Shown here piece by piece: positions 17,310 to 24,566 of a stretch of DNA of 24,566 nucleotides. Origin of the DNA: a virus. Lineage: Duplodnaviria; Caudoviricetes. The stretch is taken from positions 1 through 24,566 of IMG/VR virus record IMGVR_UViG_3300037422_000054; one strand, written 5' to 3'. The translations under genes were made by a program, and so were the position numbers. Numbering within the stretch: position 1 is the first letter of the stretch; every line of letters begins with the position of its first letter. A model generated the notes under the pieces. The model was not told the DNA's origin. It did not search any database and saw only the letters and a list, made by a program, of their open reading frames with translations.

Positions 17310-18929
17310 TTAAGGGTTAATTAATCGTGAAAGGTCATCCGGTTCAGTAATCGAATCGCCTGTTGGTTTCTCGACAACCAATTGTCCAGGAGGGTCGCAA
17401 CCATTGAACTCGTTTCCTTTATTTACGTTGTAAAGTGCCTGTGTTTCGGAAACATTTAAAGTCATAGTTCCTGAATTAAATACATCGGCTGCTACCTGAA
17501 CATTTATTTCATCATCTTCTGAAATATATTCGGTATTATCAATATAAAAGTGGTCTGCTACGGGGGCAAATCTTAGGAAATCATATACATATTCAGGATG
17601 AATTGACACGTTAAGCGAACGAATCTTACGAGATTCAGCCCATTGTATCTGACGGAATCCGTTATTAAATTCATTCAGTTCTCGTTCGTTCGGATAGCTA
17701 CCCATTGTAAGGGATGCCTCAACCCGAATCTTCGGAAAGAAACAACTACCCTCGAACGCAAATCCCCACGCATCATCATTGTTGCAAATAGCAAGTAATT
17801 TATAATCGCACTCCGAACCCGTTACTAATTTAATCGGATTGCTGATATAATCGAAGGTGTAATCCTGTGAGTTCACAACTGCTATCTCGACTGAGCCAAG
17901 ATATAACTGTGATGTACCGCCAAGCATATCAAATATCAATGTTAAATCCGTTCCGTCCGATGTGATGAAAAACGTCTGCACACCTTCAACATTAGTTGTT
18001 TGTGTTTGCGTTCCCATCTGAATCGTAAGTTCAGAATTAAGCAACTTCAAAACATCAACTGTAATGGAATATTCAACTCCGGCACATAGTTCTAATTTGT
18101 TATTCAAAAACTCAACCGAATCACCTGTTGTTCCAGTTACATTTAACTGCGTTCCTATGAATGTGCTTACGGGTGTTCCCGATGTGATGGTTTCATCCCA
18201 ATAGTAACTACCTGAATTAAAACTACCGTTTGGTACTCCTGCCTGTCCACAAGTGTTCAAGCATCCATTCGTAAGCCCGATTGTGTAACATCCATCCAAC
18301 TGACCTAAATCAGCCCAATTTATATTCACCGTAACATGATTTCCTGCAAAACAAAACGAGGATGGGTCTTCCTGATATGCTGTTTTAGAAACTGTATCAC
18401 CGTTTGAATCTATAATTCCCCATGCAAGGTTTTCACTCAATGGAAACAACGTTACGGAATCTAATTCACAGTAATCGTTATTGTTTCCGGACATAAAAAA
18501 CTGAATGTATAATGCAGTTGATTCAAAGTTGAATTTATAATAACCGGGTGTTGTGATTTGTTTTATCAGCTGACTACCCGACATAAATTCAAGCGTTCCA
18601 ATAAGTGTTTTTACATTAATTACAACCTGATATAATTTACCAACTTCTGTTGCATTGAGGTACTGCAACGTTCCTGATGTTCCGGTTTCTTTTATTGCCA
18701 ACCCTCCCGTAATAGTCCATCCTTTTAAAATAGTCCAACAGTCCTGTGTATCAAAATCTGAATTGCATATTATATTCGGAATACCCGGACATGGATCAAC
18801 CAGAAATTGCATCGAAGTAATATCCGTTTGGTCAATAACCTGCTGGTAAGATATTTCAGGACAACCACATGAATTATCCGCTTGGTTGAATATAATCGGC
18901 TGATTACCTATGAGTGTTATATTTCCCAT
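17310..18929 (-). CDS. tail-tip/baseplate-region protein with two carbohydrate-binding-like domains
   Basis: 539 aa, acidic, 15 Cys; two NxxF...W starts (ICNSDFDTQDCW, VPNGSFNSGSYYW) resembling galactose-binding-like jelly rolls. Confidence 0.55.
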   Translation of the reverse strand: MGNITLIGNQPIIFNQADNSCGCPEISYQQVIDQTDITSMQFLVDPCPGIPNIICNSDFDTQDCWTILKGWTITGGLAIKETGTSGTLQYLNATEVGKLYQVVINVKTLIGTLEFMSGSQLIKQITTPGYYKFNFESTALYIQFFMSGNNNDYCELDSVTLFPLSENLAWGIIDSNGDTVSKTAYQEDPSSFCFAGNHVTVNINWADLGQLDGCYTIGLTNGCLNTCGQAGVPNGSFNSGSYYWDETITSGTPVSTFIGTQLNVTGTTGDSVEFLNNKLELCAGVEYSITVDVLKLLNSELTIQMGTQTQTTNVEGVQTFFITSDGTDLTLIFDMLGGTSQLYLGSVEIAVVNSQDYTFDYISNPIKLVTGSECDYKLLAICNNDDAWGFAFEGSCFFPKIRVEASLTMGSYPNERELNEFNNGFRQIQWAESRKIRSLNVSIHPEYVYDFLRFAPVADHFYIDNTEYISEDDEINVQVAADVFNSGTMTLNVSETQALYNVNKGNEFNGCDPPGQLVVEKPTGDSITEPDDLSRLINP

Positions 18930-20875
18930 AAATTCATTTGCGCTAAGGTAGTTACTAATTTCAAATCACATTGACCTGTGAATAGTTTTCTTTTCACAGA
19001 ATCAATCCAACAAACTGTCTTATTCACCCCGTTGGTATCAATAGTTATTCCGTTGTATGATTGCGATGTCATTATATTCCAATCCTTATTCGATAGTCCG
19101 CGTTCAAATTCAACGTTTATAATTTTTATGTTCTGCTTATCGGCAATCTGAATATCGCCACCACCGGTAAACACAAACGTTGTTTTAAAATAGCTTTCCG
19201 TGCCACCAAGTAACGTTCCTGTCATAGATATATTTATTCCTGTTAAAACCGTCAACGCAGCTTCTAAAGTATCACCTGAGTTCATATAAAACGTTCCTGA
19301 TGCCGTCCGTTGAAATGCTCCTGTTGTGGTATGTACGTTGTTGCTTACCTGTCGGGTTTCAATAACCGTTGTGGCTGCATTTCTACGTGTCATATAAACA
19401 TCAACATCCGTTCGTGCAGGAAGTGAGTTCTGTAAATACGAATAACTTGGCGTGTATTCCAGCTGCGTAATCTCATATTCCAATCCAACCTCGAATGAAT
19501 ATAATCCAGATGCCGGTGCTGTATATCGAAATGTTACTATGGAATAATTACCACCCGGATCTTCATTCGGTGGTGTTGTTTCATCATCGAAATCAATCGG
19601 TGAGGTTGTTGCAAGTGCTGTATTGTTTGTCCTCGATGCGCGAAAATTATCATTAGTACCATCACCTAAAATCTGTGCAACATCCGTTGGTGCTTTGAAA
19701 CGATTTATTACATTCAAATTCAATAACTGCTCGTTGTATAATACAGGTGTTCCGCCTGGTGTTGATAAAATATACTCGCCTTTATGTGCCGTTGTTGTTG
19801 AACCAACATACTGAACACAGAATACATCATCATCCTTATCATCACTCGTTCCAGTAACTAATTCCTCGATTAAATTCGTGTCATACTGAATATCGTCATG
19901 TACTAAATCCAATTCGGAATCTATGCCACATAATCCGGTTAAAAAATATTCCTCCTCTACGAACGCGATGGCTGTAACATACGGCAACTCATGTGCTGTT
20001 CCTGTTTCTTTGATAGCGTCTGAACTACCTACTTTAATTACACTCGTTAACTTATCTTGGTCGAAGGTTTCTTTTAAATCCTTCACGAAAGGAATATCAA
20101 CTACCGATGCACCGCTAAAAAAATCTTCATCTTCAAGACGGAATATCGGAGTGAATCCGGTGTTGTCAATTGCAAAAAATAAGTTGTATTTCTTATGCAG
20201 AAAATCCATTAAGTGCTGAAACGAAACTGTTACCTGCGGTTCGGTGTCGTTCTTCTGTCTTAACTCACGCCCACGAACCAACGATAGTTTTTCTTCGTCC
20301 GGTAGTGCCGATAAAAAATCACTCTGAAATCCGATTTCATTATCGGATAAAAAACTAATAAGATGTTCAAACACATCTTCTATATCGTATGCCGTACACG
20401 GGTCAACATAATCAACCCCTGTCGATGGATTGTAAACCGTAAGATTAAATGACGGTGTCGCTGTTAATGTTTCACCATTTTTAGTTACAATACTCCTTAC
20501 ATCAACCGGAAGTTTTGAGTTCTGTTTCAGTATCGATCCGAAGTTATTGTCTTCAATCGAACAACGAATTATTCTTTTCGTATGATCGTGTTCCATGTCC
20601 GATATAAACAAAAACCCTCGAATGGATTTCCCATAAGTAGGGTCGCCATTCGGGTTGAAATTTATCAGTACATCAACACGTCTGCAATATCCTTCTGTTT
20701 TTTTTAAGCCTAATAAATACTTATATCCATCACCAACGAATGTTAAATCAAGTGGATATTTAAGTACATACCCGAATAAATCTTTATCAAACGCCAACTC
20801 CTCCTCGAAGTCGGTTATATCAAGTGGTAACGTTTCTAATTTTATTCCGTCTAAATATATCGTTACTTGTTCCAT
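18917..20875 (-). CDS. tail-tip/hub protein with C1q-like insertion
   Basis: 652 aa directly after the tape measure (TAATG overlap); IDFD...DPGGNY...YTAPASGLYSF C1q-type motif. Confidence 0.6.
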   Translation of the reverse strand: MEQVTIYLDGIKLETLPLDITDFEEELAFDKDLFGYVLKYPLDLTFVGDGYKYLLGLKKTEGYCRRVDVLINFNPNGDPTYGKSIRGFLFISDMEHDHTKRIIRCSIEDNNFGSILKQNSKLPVDVRSIVTKNGETLTATPSFNLTVYNPSTGVDYVDPCTAYDIEDVFEHLISFLSDNEIGFQSDFLSALPDEEKLSLVRGRELRQKNDTEPQVTVSFQHLMDFLHKKYNLFFAIDNTGFTPIFRLEDEDFFSGASVVDIPFVKDLKETFDQDKLTSVIKVGSSDAIKETGTAHELPYVTAIAFVEEEYFLTGLCGIDSELDLVHDDIQYDTNLIEELVTGTSDDKDDDVFCVQYVGSTTTAHKGEYILSTPGGTPVLYNEQLLNLNVINRFKAPTDVAQILGDGTNDNFRASRTNNTALATTSPIDFDDETTPPNEDPGGNYSIVTFRYTAPASGLYSFEVGLEYEITQLEYTPSYSYLQNSLPARTDVDVYMTRRNAATTVIETRQVSNNVHTTTGAFQRTASGTFYMNSGDTLEAALTVLTGINISMTGTLLGGTESYFKTTFVFTGGGDIQIADKQNIKIINVEFERGLSNKDWNIMTSQSYNGITIDTNGVNKTVCWIDSVKRKLFTGQCDLKLVTTLAQMNLWEI

Positions 20876-23313
20876 TAGAATTTACGTTTGTTTATTCGTG
20901 ATGGCTTTAGCGTTTTAATCATTTCCTTATGTTGTTTCTTTTGCTGACGTGAAGAACGATTTAAAACCCCTACGATATTTTCACCTTTCCATTTTCCACC
21001 GTTGAGCATAATACTACCCATTATGTTTTCACTAAATCCTCCCGTTGCTTTTTCAAGTGCCGGTTGAATGTATTTTACAGTCATTAATTTATCGAAATAC
21101 CCATTGTGCATTGCATGAAGTTCGTCCCAATACTTATCATTTGTTGCTGTTGTAACAACACGCTCACCCGGCATCAGCATATACGGCACACTATCCTTTC
21201 CGATTGTACCACCCATAACATACTCATCACCTTTAGCGGCTGGTGTCGGAACTGGTGCATCGAATATTTGTTTTACCTGTGCGAATGCCCCGAATACAGC
21301 TGCCAATCCCGATGCAATATAACCAGCTAATGTAATCGGTGCAAGTGCTCCTGTTGCTGCTGCTGCCGTTGTTGCTGATGTAATAACCGTTGCAAGTGAT
21401 TTCGCTAATTCAAGTCCTACCTGAAATACAGCCAACGTCTTTTGAAATTCCGCTGCCTGTGATGCGTCAAGATTTGACAACTTAATTAAATCCGATATGA
21501 TTGAAACACCATCCTCGAATATTTTTATTCCAGCATCTATAATTTTTTTACGTGCATTAATATCAGCAATCAATCTATCCTGTGCTTCCTTCGCTGCGGC
21601 TTCGTCAATCTCTCGTAAATCTTTTATCAACTGTTGCTGTAACTGCTTTTCAAGGTCAGCCGTTAAGATTCCTTTCTCCTCTAAGTCTGCAATTTTTTCT
21701 TCGAACTGAACAATACGAACAGCCTTTTGTTTTTCAAACCCCTCCTCCATTGCATCAATTATCGCTTGGTCTGATGCTTTAACCGCTGCTGCTGCTTTCT
21801 CTTGGTTCTTCTTACGTTCTTCCTCCACCGATTTTTCAATCTTCTGCATCCCTTGTAAAATAGCAATCTCCTCGTCAATCACTCCTTGTCCGAATTTTTG
21901 TAATATGTTTATTCGTTTATTTAAGAACTCAATATTCTTTTCATCACGCATTTTATTCGCTTGTTCTTCCGTTGCTGCTGTTTCGAGGATGAATTTTTCT
22001 GATTCTTTTTTCTCTTTTTCCAAAGCATCTAAAGCATCCTTTAACTCTTTTTCCTTTCTGTCTTTAGCTGCATCAACGGCTTTTTTTGCATTATCTTTTT
22101 TTATCTGTTCCTGTTCAGCGTTGAAAATAATTAAGTCCTCATTCGCTTTTTGAAATGCTTTAGCTGTTTCTTTCTCTTGATTCGTGAGTGTTTGCTTTAC
22201 AAAATCAACAGCACCAACTCCGTTATCAATTATCGTCTTCGATATTTCTGCCGATGCAGCCTTTCGAAGTTGAAGTTCTTTTAAGAGTGATTCCTTTATA
22301 AATTCAAGTTTTTTTCTTTCAATATCTTCCGTTTCTTTTCCTGTGGCTTTTGCAAGTCGTATCTCGAAATCATAACGCTCGGTTACGGCTTCTCGAACTT
22401 CAATTAAATTATCAATTTGTTTTTGTGTTGATTTAGCAAACTCTGCCGCAGCTGTAACCGCTGCCTCATGTGCTGCTTCTTCATTGCTTTCAAACATCTT
22501 AGTAAGTTTAGCAACGTTAATTACTAACTCACTTAACCCAAGTGTTGCAATACCAAGTGAAACACGACCTAAAACACCAAGTCTATCAGCGAAATCAACA
22601 ACACCCGATGCCGCTTTCTGTTGATTTGTAAACAACAAAAACAATCCACCGGCAACAGCCGCAAGTGCCGTAACAATAAATACTAATGGAAAAGCATTCA
22701 TTGTTGTATTTAAAAACAACTGTGCTTTACCTAATCCCAAAACCGAGAACGCTGAATCCTTATTCAATGTCTGTGCAACCGCCTGAAGTCCGTTCGTAAT
22801 TGCCATTGCTGCCTGAACTTTCAAAAGGGCTTCGTTTAATTCCTCGTTTTCTTTTCCGAATAACGCAACAGCACCTTGAGCAACAGAAAATCCACCTGCT
22901 ATTCCGGTGGCTGCTGAAATCAAAGCGTCTAATCTTGGTGTATCCGATGCAAGTGCTTTAACGCGTGCATTCACATCGCCAATCTGGTCTTCCAATGCTC
23001 CTGCGGCTGCTGCTAATTCTCTGAATCGTGCCGAATTAGTTTTTCCGGCTAACTCCAAAGCATTCAACTCGGCTTTCATTTCTTTGAGTTGAGCCTTTAA
23101 TGATTTTGATTTCTGTGCTGTATTTTCAGTTGCCTTACCTAAATCCTTTACCGCTGTTGCTGCCGTCTTTAAATCGTTGACAGTTTCCTCCGTTACAGGT
23201 TCAATTTTTTTATCCTCGACTTTACGAAGATCCTGCTCAACAGTTTTTATTGACGATTCAATCTCAGAAGTGTCTGCTTTAAATTTTAAGATTATTTCCT
23301 GTTGCGTTGCCAT
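20875..23313 (-). CDS. tail tape measure protein
   Basis: 812 aa, Ala/Lys/Glu-rich helical with hydrophobic segments; C-terminal AKG...GKDSVPYMLMPGERVV motif; follows a frameshifted chaperone pair. Confidence 0.85.
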   Translation of the reverse strand: MATQQEIILKFKADTSEIESSIKTVEQDLRKVEDKKIEPVTEETVNDLKTAATAVKDLGKATENTAQKSKSLKAQLKEMKAELNALELAGKTNSARFRELAAAAGALEDQIGDVNARVKALASDTPRLDALISAATGIAGGFSVAQGAVALFGKENEELNEALLKVQAAMAITNGLQAVAQTLNKDSAFSVLGLGKAQLFLNTTMNAFPLVFIVTALAAVAGGLFLLFTNQQKAASGVVDFADRLGVLGRVSLGIATLGLSELVINVAKLTKMFESNEEAAHEAAVTAAAEFAKSTQKQIDNLIEVREAVTERYDFEIRLAKATGKETEDIERKKLEFIKESLLKELQLRKAASAEISKTIIDNGVGAVDFVKQTLTNQEKETAKAFQKANEDLIIFNAEQEQIKKDNAKKAVDAAKDRKEKELKDALDALEKEKKESEKFILETAATEEQANKMRDEKNIEFLNKRINILQKFGQGVIDEEIAILQGMQKIEKSVEEERKKNQEKAAAAVKASDQAIIDAMEEGFEKQKAVRIVQFEEKIADLEEKGILTADLEKQLQQQLIKDLREIDEAAAKEAQDRLIADINARKKIIDAGIKIFEDGVSIISDLIKLSNLDASQAAEFQKTLAVFQVGLELAKSLATVITSATTAAAATGALAPITLAGYIASGLAAVFGAFAQVKQIFDAPVPTPAAKGDEYVMGGTIGKDSVPYMLMPGERVVTTATNDKYWDELHAMHNGYFDKLMTVKYIQPALEKATGGFSENIMGSIMLNGGKWKGENIVGVLNRSSRQQKKQHKEMIKTLKPSRINKRKF

Positions 23314-23315
23314 AA

Positions 23316-23645
23316 TTATTTAGTTTTCTTGGCAGCTTTCAAACGCTGTTCTATCATCATCGTGAACTGGTCTGCTTTGGTCAGGAAGTCTGCTACTGCA
23401 AATTTAAACAATTCTTTGTAAGCAACCGCGTCGCCATCAGCCATCATCAGAACTAAAGACCTTAAATCTTTCCTTTGCGCGATGATTTGGCTGGTGGTGC
23501 GGAAGGTAGGGGCATCAGTATTTTTAAAAGCTCCCTGTGTCTTTTCTGCTGAAGCATTGATTCTTGACAGATACTTTGCCATGCTATTGGCAAAATATTT
23601 GAGCGTGTCGTCAATACCCTTAATTCGGGCAAACGAAAAAAAAAA
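23316..23645 (-). CDS. tail assembly chaperone, -1 frameshift portion (gpT-like; fusion about 254 aa)
   Basis: -1 frame is open from the T10 run (FFFSFARIKGIDDTLKYFANSMAKYLSR...) to TAA 23316 and closed by TAG immediately upstream of the run. Confidence 0.75.
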   Translation of the reverse strand, partial: FFFSFARIKGIDDTLKYFANSMAKYLSRINASAEKTQGAFKNTDAPTFRTTSQIIAQRKDLRSLVLMMADGDAVAYKELFKFAVADFLTKADQFTMMIEQRLKAAKKTK

Positions 23646-24079
23646 CTATCCGATTCATCTGCCGCCAACCGGAACGCTTCGGCTTTCTGCTGTTGGATTT
23701 CCTCATTAAATTCCTTATCCGTTTCATCCTCTCGAACATAACAACAGGCAAGGTAGTTGTACCAAATATCCATCGGAACGGCTTTGTTTTCCCGTTCCTT
23801 TATCTCATTTAAAACCGAACCCAACTTAGCCGCATTCTTTGAATTACTTATTCCTTCGAACAAACACTTATCAGCTATCTCAATAAGTTCCATCAACTGA
23901 TTCTTTGTACACCCTCTTGAAATCCAAATATTGTACTCCGATAATTTTGCCATACGAAACATTGGCATTCCAAGTTGTTCGGGATACTGATAATAGTCGT
24001 ATCCTTTGTGCCGAAACGCAAATAATAATCCCGATTTTACTTTCGGCTTTTTAAATCTTTTCCAAAACGCGAACCGCAC
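23462..24079 (-). CDS. tail assembly chaperone (gpG-like)
   Basis: 205 aa containing SFFF at the slippery site; upstream of the tape measure. Confidence 0.7.
   Translation of the reverse strand: MRFAFWKRFKKPKVKSGLLFAFRHKGYDYYQYPEQLGMPMFRMAKLSEYNIWISRGCTKNQLMELIEIADKCLFEGISNSKNAAKLGSVLNEIKERENKAVPMDIWYNYLACCYVREDETDKEFNEEIQQQKAEAFRLAADESDSFFFRLPELRVLTTRSNILPIAWQSICQESMLQQKRHRELLKILMPLPSAPPAKSSRKGKI
23636..23645 (-). other. slippery site T TTT TTT TTT
   Basis: A10 on the plus strand; fits X XXY YYZ in the chaperone reading frame. Confidence 0.75.
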
Positions 24080-24377
24080 AATAAATTATATAATTAAAAA
24101 GTGAACAAACAATAACACAATACGGATAGTAATACCAATCTCCACCAAAATAAATAAATGCAATCGTGCCGTAAGTTGATGCAAAACAAATCACACATGA
24201 GGTAATCGGTTTGCTGATTATCTGATAAATAAATCTTAGTGATTTAGATTTCGTCCGGTCAATTCTATCGCGCAACCAATGAAATGATTTACTAATAGGA
24301 TTAAATATCATTCCGCTGTTCTGCAACTCATACATTGCAACACAGAACAACGACATATTTAAAATTAAAACGTGCAT
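24051..24377 (-). CDS. small multi-TM membrane protein with CxxC (DUF1360-like)
   Basis: GMIF...KPITSCVICFAS motif; three hydrophobic segments. Confidence 0.55.
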   Translation of the reverse strand: MHVLILNMSLFCVAMYELQNSGMIFNPISKSFHWLRDRIDRTKSKSLRFIYQIISKPITSCVICFASTYGTIAFIYFGGDWYYYPYCVIVCSLFNYIIYCAVRVLEKI

Positions 24378-24469
24378 AGAATATATATACCGTATGCCGC
24401 TGCTACAAGCCCGACAATTCCAATGATTAAATTCAACACTGGGTTTGGATTCGGATTATTCTTTTCCAT
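24365..24469 (-). CDS. 34-aa single-TM micro-protein
   Basis: MEKNNPNPNPVLNLIIGIVGLVAAAYGIYILCTF; starts 1 nt after the upstream stop and overlaps the next start. Confidence 0.55.
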   Translation of the reverse strand: MEKNNPNPNPVLNLIIGIVGLVAAAYGIYILCTF

Positions 24470-24470
24470 A

Positions 24471-24566
24471 TTACGCCGATTTTAAAGTTTGTGTTCCCGA
24501 TTGTAAACTATCGTCATTGTTATATACCCGTTTAAATTCAAGAGCCAAACAAGTATATACAACTGT
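24471..24566 (-). CDS. 3' end of a hypothetical protein (truncated by window edge)
   Basis: Open frame TVVYTCLALEFKRVYNNDDSLQSGTQTLKSA ending in TAA. Confidence 0.55.
   Translation of the reverse strand, partial: TVVYTCLALEFKRVYNNDDSLQSGTQTLKSA

Noticed and set aside
943-23709. Many plus-strand ORFs in the track (e.g. 1586-2014, 9051-9425, 16755-17216, 21905-22153)
   Set aside because: They are antisense shadows of well-supported minus-strand genes, with Ser/Phe-biased composition and no motifs.

Overview
Structural and lysis region of a tailed dsDNA phage or prophage, probably a siphovirus infecting a Bacteroidota host. Host evidence: TAnnTTTG promoters, A-rich starts without Shine-Dalgarno sequences, and a Q-rule signal peptide. 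Almost everything is on the minus strand. In transcription order: CxxC membrane protein, tail assembly chaperone with a T10 -1 frameshift site, tape measure, two tail-tip proteins, small structural protein, putative major tail protein, a separately promoted block of three glycosyltransferase-like genes plus an FkbM methyltransferase, a 31-aa ORF, portal, minor head protein, scaffold, major capsid, head-tail/neck proteins, mosaic tail fibre, DUF4376-like protein, M15 endolysin, holin and a spanin-like pair. The first ~820 bp hold convergent plus-strand small ORFs bounded by attC-like hairpin and core-site repeats. Best leads: a candidate virion glycosylation/methylation module coupled to the portal, a hidden 85-aa -1-frame portal extension, integron-cassette-like architecture at the left end, and Cys-rich virion proteins beside a membrane CxxC protein. 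All family calls are from motif recognition by eye; no database searches were run.
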